Positions 1 to 10,453 of a stretch of DNA of 46,874 nucleotides are shown here, piece after piece. Numbering within the stretch: position 1 is the first letter of the stretch; each line of letters starts with the position of its first letter. Below the pieces are notes generated by a model that was not told where the DNA came from, did no database searches, and saw only the letters and a list, made by a program, of their open reading frames with translations. The translations under genes were made by a program, and so were the position numbers. The DNA is from Seison nebaliae (lineage: Eukaryota), in the NCBI GenBank assembly GCA_023231475.1, contig JALJEE010002080.1:1-46874 (forward strand), in the 5' to 3' direction.

Positions 1-284
1 GGATCTTGAGAACTAAAGACATTCCGTACAACTGTTTCGACGATGTTTTAGTAATTATCATATTCATTTTCACTGATCTAATAGTCATATATTTGTTGAA
101 TTTAATCTTATCGAATGTATTCCTTTCGTTATGCATATTTAATCTATATTTGTCTACAAACTCCTCCCTATTCGTGATATAATTTAAATCAAATAACAAT
201 TATAATTATCGGAGAGTTCACAATTAACAATTTTGACAATTATTTCTAATCGATTCTTTCTAATCGATATTAGAATGAGTTGAA

Positions 285-704
285 TCAAAGTTTTGAATCA
301 GTTTTATATACAAAATTCATTATATCATATGATTTGAAATATATGAGTTTTCCTCCAATATAGACACTAATAGAAAAAAATGCTATCATAATAAGCATTA
401 TTTTTTCATCCCATATTTTTTTTTTCGTTTCCCGCATATCGGATACTTCCATTGTCAGTTCCGTTTTGTTTTGGTCGATTATACAATACATGTGGTTCAT
501 TGCCTTTTTTAATTGATTAATTTCTGATGATAACGAATCCATTTTATCGTATGTTGCATGAAGTTGTTTGCCGATCTCAGCATTTTCATTTTCAATCGTT
601 TTTGATTTCTGGAGCAGAGAAGAACTTGTGTTCATTCCGGATCCATATTTTTCCTTTTTCTTGAGGAAGGAACGACAGTGTGAAAGTTTAATACTGACCC
701 TCAA
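285..704 (-). CDS. Hypothetical protein with coiled-coil region and C-terminal hydrophobic segment, possibly a partial or TE-associated ORF
   Basis: 139-codon ORF with a TTG start (first ATG further in), a heptad-like middle and a hydrophobic stretch IMLIMIAFFSISVYIGG. No family recognised. Confidence 0.3.
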   Translation of the reverse strand: MRVSIKLSHCRSFLKKKEKYGSGMNTSSSLLQKSKTIENENAEIGKQLHATYDKMDSLSSEINQLKKAMNHMYCIIDQNKTELTMEVSDMRETKKKIWDEKIMLIMIAFFSISVYIGGKLIYFKSYDIMNFVYKTDSKL

Positions 705-1865
705 TCCTTAAACTCTTTCGGGAGAGAATGCTCCAACTTTCTCACCGTGCAGTAAATACTATACCACATCAGGTTTTATTGTAGACGTAGATTCCAAATT
801 TGGAACAGTAACGTCGTTCTGTTTATGTTTAATAGAATTATAATATAAGGGGAACTTTTTTTGAATAAAATTGAATATTTTTTGTTTTTTTTATTATAGA
901 GTCAAATCCCCTCGGGGTAAATTAAAAAGAAACTAACAAGGGAACTATTTGGTTTTACAATTTTTTTTTTCGCTGAAAATTTGTACAGTTGTAGATAAGG
1001 TCATTCTGACCGTTAGTTTATTAATTTTGTTTCCTAAATTTCATTTAGCGCAAAGTTATCTGCTAAGCCTGTGCACGTATTCCTTAGCAACCAAACATTT
1101 ACCGGCATTAAAAGCGCTACATATTCCTCAATTTTGTTTAACTTTTTAGCTTAATGTAATAATATTTAAATAAAGTTACTCGTAGTGGGAGAGAATTGAG
1201 TGAGACAAATTGAGAGAATCTAGGAAAATTCCCCCAATGGAAAATTTCCCACAAAAATTTTAAAAAATTCTTTATTGCCCTTTTTTCAGTGAATTTTTTT
1301 CTTAACCACAAAAAATTTAATATTTTAAGAAAGAGCAATCCATGCTCTTTCGAATGTGCTATAAATAAGTGAAAACGGATTGGTATTAGATATAGAATTT
1401 TCAAAAAAAGTAAACTCAATTAGTGAAAAATTTTTCTCTCTCTTTTTGATAACTTTAAGCCACTGCACTTGCTAGTTAGCAGTTATAAATTTGAATTTTG
1501 ATGATATTTTTGAGTTCTCTAGAGTAAGTAGATATGATTTAAACAAAAAATTATTAAAATCGGTTCAGTATAACATGATTAATTAATGATTAAACCTAAA
1601 TTTAAAAGTAAAAGTTAATAAAAAAATTAAATTATCAATTAATTAAGAATTAAAATTAAAAATAAGAGGAGGTATTTAATTAAATATAGAATACTGAAAC
1701 AAAGAAAACAAATATTAATAATATTAAAATGCTAATCGTACTTTTCAGTCAAATAAATTTCGTATTTAAAGCTAAACATTTAATCATAATACGCGATAAT
1801 CATGAGTTACTCTCTTTCTACGAAAGTCTTTGAAATTTAAATTCAAGCTTTGAATACTTCGTAAA

Positions 1866-1915
1866 CGGGAGAGAAAGTCTCGCCAGCGGGAGAGAAAGAC
1901 TCGTCAGCGGGATAG
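1866..1915. repeat. GC-rich 21-bp tandem repeat, about 2.4 copies
   Basis: cgggagagaaagtctcgccag / cgggagagaaagactcgtcag / cgggatag. Confidence 0.8.
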
Positions 1916-1988
1916 TATGCTCCCGCTATATACAACAAAAATACATTGCTCCCCGGGACAGAATGGGGTCATGTTGGATAGAAAAGTC

Positions 1989-2245
1989 GGTAAAAGTCTC
2001 TTTGGTGTGTCATGGAACTTTTTTTTTTTTTCTCCTGAAAATTAACATATATATTAAAGCGATAATTTTAAACACCGTAGTGTTTTCAGATTTTTAATTT
2101 ATCAATTTTTTCTTAAGATATTTTTAAAAAAAAATTTAAAAATTTTAAGCTTTATAAATTGCGATAATGTAAAATTGATAATGTTTTGTTAAATAAAATA
2201 CATATTCAGAAATTATCGCCATGACACACCAAAGAGACTTTTACC
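1989..2245. mobile_element. Non-autonomous DNA transposon (MITE), Merlin-like
   Basis: Perfect 27-bp terminal inverted repeats GGTAAAAGTCTCTTTGGTGTGTCATGG (1989-2015 and 2219-2245), flanked by the 8-bp direct repeat GAAAAGTC (1981-1988 and 2246-2253). GG termini with an 8-bp TSD match the Merlin/IS1016 superfamily. The interior is AT-rich and non-coding. Confidence 0.85.
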
Positions 2246-2377
2246 GAAAAGTCATATATTACAAATCAATGGGTTCATGATGGCAAATGTGATTTTTGTA
2301 TATAAAACTGATTCAAAAATTATACAGAAATCGCAAATGTCATCATAAACCCATTGGTTTGTAATATATGACTTTTC
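2246..2377. repeat. Long imperfect palindrome (foldback element or hairpin)
   Basis: Arms of about 57 bp (gaaaagtcatatattacaaa...tgtata and tataca...tttgtaatatatgacttttc) with a loop of about 18 nt. Confidence 0.85.
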
Positions 2378-2382
2378 CTCCA

Positions 2383-3360
2383 TTATAGACAGATTATTGT
2401 CAGATTATTGGAACAAATCAGAATATCGTCAGCATATGCGAAGACCGATGGGAAAAACTCATCACCCATTTTAAAAGAGAACATATTATTTGCATCCAGA
2501 AGAACGTCATCAATAATTTTTCCAAAAATCCAAGGAGCAAGTATCGAACCTTGTCTAACTCCTTTATTAATATTGAACATCGACGATGATAATGAATTAT
2601 GTTTAACAACACCTAAAAAATTAGTAAAAATTTCACTTATAAAAAGTAAAGAATACGCATCCATTCCTGATTGACGTAAAATTCTTATCCCGTGGTCCAT
2701 TGAGACCGAATCAAACGCTTTGGAGGCATCCAAAAAATAAAAGAGAAACTTCGTTTTTTTGGTTCGGCATGAAGAAATGAAGAATTTAAGAAGAATGAGT
2801 AGAGGTAACGTTCCTCTGCAACTTTTGCGGTATGCGAATTGAAACATGGAAGAATACAATTCCGATGAGTAACGATTTTTAATAACTTGTTCGATAATCT
2901 TAATCAAACCATTAGCAATGCAAATTGGTCTAAAAGATGATACATCTGAGAGATTTCCTATGACCTTTGTAGATCGGAGTTATTGAAAAGATTCTCAAAT
3001 AACTAAAATCCACGTTTCCAAGAAGGATATCATTGATGTAATCAACTCAATGAACAATCTCTTGAATTCGAGATTAAATAAATGAACATACATCATCAAC
3101 TCCATGCGACTTATAAACGTTCATATAAGATAATGCCGTACGTAATTCCGCCACCGAAACCAACAGAAGAGGAAATAACGAAGTTGTAATATCAATTCGA
3201 GAACGAGTTAATTCGGGATCGAACATAGTCGCTTCGAAAAAACGCTTAAATTCATTGATATCGATTTGAGATGAACTAACAGAACTTTTCCTCATTAGAG
3301 ACCAGAATTTCGACGAATCATTTCTGGAGATAATATCATGATACTTTTGCTGTTCACCTT
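2383..3360 (-). mobile_element. Degenerate non-LTR retrotransposon (LINE) reverse transcriptase fragment
   Basis: RT motifs KSHGVDD, RPICIAN, QFAYRK, FLDASKAFDSV, KGVRQGSILAP and FAYADD. Stops and frameshifts separate the ORF pieces, and the fragment is truncated next to the hairpin. Confidence 0.9.
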
Positions 3361-3565
3361 CCTAACGAGATCTCTAATCTAATATAAAAAGAAAAAATCG
3401 TTTTGAAAAATAATTGAAAATTTAAATTCGTAATGTAAATAATCGTAAATAAATTTAATGAAAATTCAATAGAAAAGAATGTTGTTCAAATTGAAATTAT
3501 TGTGGAATGAAAAATACTTATATATGATATAATACTTATAAAAGAAACATTGATAAGTGTTAAGA

Positions 3566-3981
3566 ATGGATACAATTTCTCTCCAATGTGAGTTTTATTC
3601 CGCCAGATGATGTGGATGAAGTATTTGCAACTGCAGATCTCATGGCACCCGAAATATTAAGACCATTATTATGACTCGTATTTCGGGAAAAACTATGTCA
3701 CAGGCAGATTTAAGATCGATTTATGGTCCAATTATGATAGATTGCCGTTGACGAATAATTTATCAGAAGCAAATCACAACAGATTTGCTTCAACATTCGG
3801 AGAAACCTCTCCAGATATTTTTCGTTTCATTGAATCTATCAAACAACAAATAACAATAAATAGAAATAAACTGGCACAAAATTATCGTGCAAAATCTTCA
3901 ATTCTTTCCTCACACTCACAGGAGAGTTTAGAGAAATATAAGAAAGACAACGCCATTGAATTTATACTAGATTTTGCTTGA
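3566..3981 (+). mobile_element. Degenerate MULE/Mutator-like transposase C-terminal fragment
   Basis: Translates to SFIPPDDVDEVF...YFGKNYV...DLWSNYDRLPLTNNLSEANHNRF...SPDIFRFIESIK, resembling the W-x-TNN-x-E-x-H-x-PNIW motif string of animal MULE transposases. Interrupted near 3673. Confidence 0.65.
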
Positions 3982-4422
3982 TTTTAGCACAATAAATTTT
4001 TTTACAACTTTCTACATTTTATTTGTCCATTAACGAGATTTTTTTTTGTCCTTTTCAAAAAAGAAGAAAAAAATTTGTGCAATTTTTTATATTGTCCGCC
4101 TTTTCTAACTTCTTTAATAATAACTTTTTTTCAAAATTTTTTTTGCAGCATGTTTGGACTGCTGTGCTCTATGCGAGAATGTTTTGGGAAAAATTGAAGA
4201 AAAATTAGGAGTATTTATTTAGGTCCAAATTTTGGTCAAATCTATGTTTTTTTTAATTTTTTAAAATTGAAATTCAATTTTTATAACGAAATTTTTTTCC
4301 AGCTTGAAAAATTTTTATACTATCTTGCAGTATTCAAGCTCTTTCTAAATATGGCTAAATTATGTGTCTACGATTAATATTACCTTAAGAAAAGCTTTGT
4401 TGAAAAAAAATTGCAAAAAAAA

Positions 4423-4459
4423 CAACTGCCAATTTACACAACTGCCAAATTTCACACAA
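4423..4459. repeat. Short direct repeat, possibly the subterminal repeat of the MULE-like element
   Basis: caactgccaatttaca / caactgccaaatttcaca / caa, lying at the boundary with the Gypsy fragment. Confidence 0.5.
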
Positions 4460-4499
4460 TCGACGAAATTATTTTTATCTCACTCTCATGAAAAATCGG

Positions 4500-5286
4500 A
4501 TCAAAATTGCTGAAAAAATATTACGCCAACCACCTGATTGGGCAAATGCCGTCTATAGCGACGAAAAAAAATTTTCGATGAATGAACCGGATGGAAACCT
4601 TCACTTTTGGACGGTTCAAGGACGTATAATTTCATATGCCTGAAAAATCTTGACGGATACTGAATCAAGATGGCACATAAACGAAATTGAAGCATTCGCC
4701 ATATATCATTTCATAATGCACTAACGATACAATCTACTCCATCATAAATTTTTGGTCAAAACAGATAACAAAGCTGCATGTCAAATTCTTTTGAAGACAA
4801 ACAAAATTAACAGTAAAATTTGGCGTCGGAGAATGCAACTATTGGATTTTACTTTTGAAACCGAATACATATCCGAAACAGAAAATTTTATCCCAGACAA
4901 ACTATCGCGAATCGTAGTAAATACCAATAATATCGACGAATTGGATTGGCATGAAGAACAATCGTTGGAGGGAATGGATAAATCGCTATGTAATGATGAG
5001 GGATTCGTAAAGAAGAATAACGTGTGGTATAAACGCCAGAAACATATTGATCGTTCAACAAAAGGAAATTTTTATTTATATTATTTCTCGGGAGTTTATA
5101 TTCGGAACCATATATCGTGGAAAAGGTTTTCGAGAGCAGTAATATTGAGATTTCACTAAAAGAAGACAAGACTGGAGGAAAGGAAGTGGTTGATAGATCT
5201 ACTGTGATAAAAGATCTACAAGAGACTCCGACCCGTCGATCTAGTAGAAAGACTGTTAGAAATTACAAAGGATAAAAAGGGGTGTA
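4500..5286 (+). mobile_element. Degenerate Ty3/Gypsy LTR-retrotransposon pol fragment (RNase H region), internally deleted
   Basis: VKTDNKA...KIWRRRMQLLDFTFETEYISETENFIPDKLSR matches the TDH...RW...L.EF.F.I.Y..G.EN..AD.LSR end of Gypsy RNase H. It ends in a polypurine tract (aaaggataaaaagggg, about 5267-5282). Confidence 0.75.
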
Positions 5287-5379
5287 TGTTGTGATACTTT
5301 TTTAATAAAATACTAAATCTTTATATCTTGTCATCGTAATGAGATCTAACGAACTGGACCAAACTATCCAGCCACAACA
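5287..5379 (+). repeat. Putative short 3' LTR
   Basis: Starts TGTTGTG just after the polypurine tract, ends CACAACA (7-bp inverted termini, TG...CA) and contains AATAAA. An alternative end is 5397. Confidence 0.55.
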
Positions 5380-5680
5380 TGGCCACCAACCACAACAAAG
5401 AAGCTTGGGGTTTTCAGGATTAAACAACAACATTATCTTCTTGTTCTTACCTATTAATTAAACAAAATATCTTTTACTTATTTCTCGTATATCATATACA
5501 AGAAAAGGATGTCAAATAACGAACCTAAAGAGTTTTAATCGAAATGTGTGCCGATGAGCTAAAACTTCGAACGAAGTCAAGAAAGGATCATTACATTTGA
5601 ATTGATTATTTGAATTAAAATTGTTGGCCTTTCTCCATACACGTGTCATCCATAATATCAATTTGCTTTCAAATAACACA

Positions 5681-8044
5681 ATGGATGAACTTTTTGAACA
5701 AGTTAATCTTGACTCCAATGATGTTTCCTTTTCTCCTCAAAATAACACCTCAGAAAGTGGGAATAACGATGAAATTGCAGCACATAAAAAAGTACTTAAA
5801 GGTTTGAAAGAGAAAGATGTCGAATTTTACAAATTTCTTGAGAATGAAGAATCGAATTTATTAGATTTTGATCTTAAATCTTTGACCTCGGAAGAAGAGA
5901 ATGAGGATGGTTTTGGTGTAGAAGATGATATTGAAATTATACAGTCAGTTGATTTAACGAAGACGAAGAAAAAGATTGAAGAATTACTTTTTGTTTTTCG
6001 GGATGGATCCAATGAAAAGAGGAGATTGCTAAAGAATGAGTTTTTGAAGAAAATCCAATATTTAATTAATGGTTTTCGAGCAGCACTTAACAGAATAGAA
6101 TACGTGACATCTATCGCTCTACAAACGGATAATAACGTCGTTTCCAAATATTCAACTAAATATTTATGTGATTCGTCGGAAGTGCTAGATGAAATCATCC
6201 AGTTGACAATACAATATTTGTCATATCTTCTCATAGCTTTCATTAATGGTGAATCATTGAATGATTATTTGAAAGTGAAGAATGTGAATAATTGGAAGCC
6301 AATCTCCTCACTCATTTTCAACAAGCATTTGACGGACGTGTTAATTTTTATGAAAAAAACGACCAATGCTGATACGTTGCATATATTTATCCGATACGTA
6401 TATAATATTATCGATTTATTTGTAATTCCTTATCAGCAACATTGTGGCAAAGGAAGAAATCGTCGTTTTATGAAGTTAACGGAGAAACTCATAAAGTTTT
6501 TAATTGATATCTGGTCGGAACAACGTACCTTAATCCATCGAAGTGAGAATTTGCGAGTTATTGCTTATCTTGCAATTTATTCCTTGTTCTATCGGTTGAC
6601 GAAGGAAGGACGATGTTATGCTCCAGCAAAAAATTTATGTGAAATTTCATTAAAAAGAATGTATGTATGTTATGTGAAATCTTCTACACAAATAAATAAA
6701 GAATCGTTGATTTCCATCAATTTCATGAGAATAACATTAGCCCAATTATATGAGATGAATTCAAATATATTTTACGTACATGCATTCCTCTTCATTAGGC
6801 AAATGGCATTGCAATTAAGGCGAACAATTCGAGGAAGTGATACAGCTATCGAGTCAGCAACAAGCAATAGTAAGAAGAAGCGATTGGAAACTATGAATTT
6901 GTATGACAATGTCTATAATGGTTGTTTCATAAAATCACTCCAATTCTGGCATACTACTCTTTCAACCATTCTCCAAAACATTAAGATAAATCACTCAAAC
7001 AATGATGAATTGATGAAACGTTTAAGTTCGTTAACATATCCATTAATTCAACTATCATTTGGAACGATCAGATTGACACCGATTGAAAAATATTATCCGA
7101 TTCGCTTTCAAATAATACGATATTCCTTAATCGAATTCAATAAGAAACAATCGGATATCTTCATTCCAATTTTACCGTTGATTATGGAAATTCTTGATCA
7201 GACTGATTTCAATAAATATGAAAAATCGTCCGAGTCCAACAAGGATAAATTGGCCAATACAAAATGGGAGAATTTGAATGAACATCAGAAAATCGATTTT
7301 GATGTCGTCCTTAAACTGAACAAACAACAACTTTCTTCTTTTGCTCTCCGTCAAATTCTAATTGAGGAAATTTGTGACGTTCTTATTAATTATCTCGATA
7401 TTTATTCAAACGATATTAGTTTCCCCGAACTAGCTGCACCAATATTGACACGTCTTCGACGTTTCATTAAATTAGTGAAAGTTGCCAACTTCCGAAAACT
7501 TTTTAAGGAAATCATCGACAAATTGGAAGCAAATTCAAATTTTATTGAGGTTCGACGTCGAGATTCGCAGATATATTTAGCTGATAATCATGCTGTACTG
7601 AAATGGAAAAGGGAAACGGAAGAAACGACGAATTCTCCATTAAGACAATTTGCTAATGATTTTCGAAAGAAGAGAGAAGATGCATTACTGCATAAACGTA
7701 GCAATAAAGAAAAAATTAGTATGAATCGATTGACGCATTTGATGAACATTTCTTCTTTCCAGAAGCAATTGAAGAAATCTCCAATTGATAAGTTGAGTGA
7801 AGAGAATCGACAGCAACGTGATCAATTAAAGAAAGAATTATCATCGTTGTTTGTGACATCAGATGCTGAATCATCAGACAGTTCCGATGAATTTGAAGAT
7901 AATGGAAAGACTGAAGTAGAAACTGACACTAAAATGGAGGAAGTCATAGAACATACAAGACCAACGGAAAAGAAACGAATAAAAAATATTTCAGAGAAGG
8001 AAGATGTTGTTACATTATTTGACATGAAGAATTTTATCGATTAA
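5681..8044 (+). CDS. NOC2L: Nucleolar complex protein 2 homolog
   Basis: HKKVLKGLKEKDVEFYKFLENEESNLLDF, FLFIRQMALQLR, LTYPLIQL, YYPIRFQ, FIPILPLIMEIL and ISFPELA are Noc2 family motifs. One long exon; first ATG at 5681. Confidence 0.93.
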   Translation: MDELFEQVNLDSNDVSFSPQNNTSESGNNDEIAAHKKVLKGLKEKDVEFYKFLENEESNLLDFDLKSLTSEEENEDGFGVEDDIEIIQSVDLTKTKKKIEELLFVFRDGSNEKRRLLKNEFLKKIQYLINGFRAALNRIEYVTSIALQTDNNVVSKYSTKYLCDSSEVLDEIIQLTIQYLSYLLIAFINGESLNDYLKVKNVNNWKPISSLIFNKHLTDVLIFMKKTTNADTLHIFIRYVYNIIDLFVIPYQQHCGKGRNRRFMKLTEKLIKFLIDIWSEQRTLIHRSENLRVIAYLAIYSLFYRLTKEGRCYAPAKNLCEISLKRMYVCYVKSSTQINKESLISINFMRITLAQLYEMNSNIFYVHAFLFIRQMALQLRRTIRGSDTAIESATSNSKKKRLETMNLYDNVYNGCFIKSLQFWHTTLSTILQNIKINHSNNDELMKRLSSLTYPLIQLSFGTIRLTPIEKYYPIRFQIIRYSLIEFNKKQSDIFIPILPLIMEILDQTDFNKYEKSSESNKDKLANTKWENLNEHQKIDFDVVLKLNKQQLSSFALRQILIEEICDVLINYLDIYSNDISFPELAAPILTRLRRFIKLVKVANFRKLFKEIIDKLEANSNFIEVRRRDSQIYLADNHAVLKWKRETEETTNSPLRQFANDFRKKREDALLHKRSNKEKISMNRLTHLMNISSFQKQLKKSPIDKLSEENRQQRDQLKKELSSLFVTSDAESSDSSDEFEDNGKTEVETDTKMEEVIEHTRPTEKKRIKNISEKEDVVTLFDMKNFID

Positions 8045-8240
8045 TTTTTTCTCATATTTGATTTTTGAAAGTTGTTGTCTTCTGTTACTTCTGTTTCAAA
8101 TAATTTTCCTTATGTTCTTTCATTTTTGATCAAATTGTTGTTATTTTTTTATGTTACTTACAAGTTATGTTGATGATTGAAAAATATTCCATAGAAGTTA
8201 AGTAATATAAAATTTTCTTTGTTTCGTTTTAAATAGATTT

Positions 8241-9578
8241 ATGCAAATGCATAACGAATTGCAAATAGGCTTTTTAGAAAATAGTGAAGAATTTGTTGAT
8301 TTGAACCGAATTTATTTTCCGACGAAATTCGGAGGTTTTCCTTCTTGGCTTCATCCTGAATATGTCCCACAATTCGGATGTGAGTCGTTGAAGTGCAATA
8401 ATTGTGGGAAGGTACGTCGTTTTCTTCTTCAAATTAATTGTTGTATGGAAACAAGAGAAGCGTATTATATGATGTATTATGTCTTCATTTGTTTGACCGC
8501 TTCATGTTGGAGAGATGAAAATGTGCGAAATAATGATCAAGACAACGGATCATCTTTAATAGTTTGTCTTCGAGGAATTCTTCCACAAGTCAATGAATTT
8601 TATAAGTTTACCGTTTTCCTTCTAACAAATTGATAATAGTCGTTTGAAGATATGATGAGAATCAACCAGAAATGATCGATGAAGAACTTATAGATGATAT
8701 TGAGGGAAGATTTTTTCACGAACTCTCATCCAGCGAGCAGGAAAAAATTCCAGCAGTATTGAAAAGAGTACCAAGAAAGAGAATGTGTGTTTTATGTGGA
8801 GTGTTCGAACAGACGACGGAACTATTCTGTTCGACAGAACACAAGTCTTATTATAGACGTTTCCATCCACATCGAAGTTTATTTCACACATCGAATTGAC
8901 ATTCTCTCATTTATTCATTCTCTTCTTACAATGTTAGATGAGGAACAAATGAATCAAACGTATTATGATGAAACTATCAACGAAATGTTATCAAAATTCA
9001 CATTTCCACCAACGGCCATCTCATTAACTGACGAAAATGGGAATAATATAAAATCTGATTTCGTCGATGAAGCGGCAAAAGGAGACGACGAAGAATCGTC
9101 GGATGAGGATGAAAATGTTTTCCTCCAGGAACAAATAGATAGACATAATAATGATCCGTCGGATGATGAAGAAGATGACAATGAAGATCAAACTGAATTG
9201 GTAGAAGATAACGAACTTTATTCTAATGATTTTACATTCAATTCGTTCATGCTTCAAATACGTAATACTCCGAACCAAATATTGAGGATTGGTGGGGATG
9301 AACCAATTTGGGTGTTCGATTCAAATAAATTGGAAAATATACCGAATTGTGTACGTTGTGGAGGTAGTCGCCATTATATATTTCAAATTTTACCTCAATT
9401 AATTAATTCGATTAATTTCGAAGAGAATGCTTCGATCGTAGGTGTTGATTGGGGAACAGTTGTCATATGTGTTTGTACAAATAGAACTTGTCCAATGAGA
9501 GAAAAAAATTCGTTCTCTTCATTTTATTCACACGAATATGTTTTCATACAATATCCACCTTCGCCAATTCAACAATAA
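8241..9578 (+). CDS. PDCD2: Programmed cell death protein 2 (PDCD2/TSR4 family uS5 chaperone)
   Basis: KFGGFPSWL, CNNCGK...FLLQ, a degenerate MYND-like region (CVLCG...FCSTEH) and the PDCD2_C domain (PNQILR...PIWV...IPNCVRCGGSRHYIFQILPQL...DWGTVVI). Inferred introns 8606-8649 and 8877-8937, both GTT...AG. Confidence 0.9.
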
Positions 9579-9814
9579 ATTTAAGTTTTCACTTCTCAAA
9601 ATTAGAAAGATTAGAATTATTTGAATTTTTTTTTATTTGTTTGTTGTGAAAATCTGAAAATGTTTTCATCAAATTGAAAAATGATAAGTGAACAAAATTA
9701 TGTTAATGTGTTAAAACGCTCCAACTGAAATTCTATAAAGAAAAAATGAATTTAAGAAATTATTTAAAATTTAAATTATTCTTTTTGTTATATTAATCTA
9801 ATAAGAAAATAATA

Positions 9815-10348
9815 TCACTTTTCTAATTGTTTATCTAAACTTCCATATTGATGAACAGTTAATGGATTCGCTTGAGTTTGAATGCCACCTAATGGAGTAT
9901 AACTGATGTGGGCGCCCGCCGCTATATTGAGTACTTCCATTTCTAAGGGAATCTTTATTAAGTGGAATGCCTTCAACTTACTCTCTTGCGAGACAAAAAC
10001 ACTTAAAATGTAATCGACTCCTTGACGTGATGTGAGGTCGACGATCAATTGTTTTATTAGATTGAGAGCAGATAATTGATCATTAGCGAATGGAAATGAC
10101 GAAATAATATGTCTCGCTTCTTGACATGTGATCATATTGAGTTTTCCTTTAATAATTTCCAAAGCATTTAATTGGTCATCAGTATGTTTGAACGTACTGA
10201 GCACATGAGAAGTTTGTTCAGCAGAAAATTTAAATTGACAATCATTTAATATTTGCATCTTATCGTTGGTATGAAGCATGTTTGTAAAAATCAAATTTTC
10301 CAGGATCCCATATTGGAAGATATTTTGATGGCTATTCAATTGTTTCAT
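9815..10348 (-). CDS. DUF4476-like repeat protein
   Basis: Two repeats of the type FSAEQTSHVLSTFKHTDDQLNALEII / ITCQEARHIISSFPFANDQLSALNLI, similar to DUF4476 (as in the PROSER1 N-terminus). Confidence 0.7.
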   Translation of the reverse strand: MKQLNSHQNIFQYGILENLIFTNMLHTNDKMQILNDCQFKFSAEQTSHVLSTFKHTDDQLNALEIIKGKLNMITCQEARHIISSFPFANDQLSALNLIKQLIVDLTSRQGVDYILSVFVSQESKLKAFHLIKIPLEMEVLNIAAGAHISYTPLGGIQTQANPLTVHQYGSLDKQLEK

Positions 10349-10453
10349 CCTTTATATTGTTTGAAACAAAAACTTATATGGTTGCTATGGTAATTAAATA
10401 AATAATGTGAGAAGAATTAAAATTCGAATATCGATTTAATGAATTTGCAATTC

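Noticed and set aside
1..199. Open minus-strand frame running off the left edge
   Set aside because: It is too short and truncated to assign, and has no recognisable motif.
1866..1915. Direct repeats as a CRISPR array
   Set aside because: The units are adjacent with no spacers, there are only about 2.4 copies, the context is eukaryotic and there are no cas genes.
9733..9818. Possible GTG-donor intron at the end of the DUF4476-like gene, a potential counter-example to the GTT rule
   Set aside because: The ORF already ends in an in-frame TGA and no homology requires a further exon. It should still be checked with RNA-seq.
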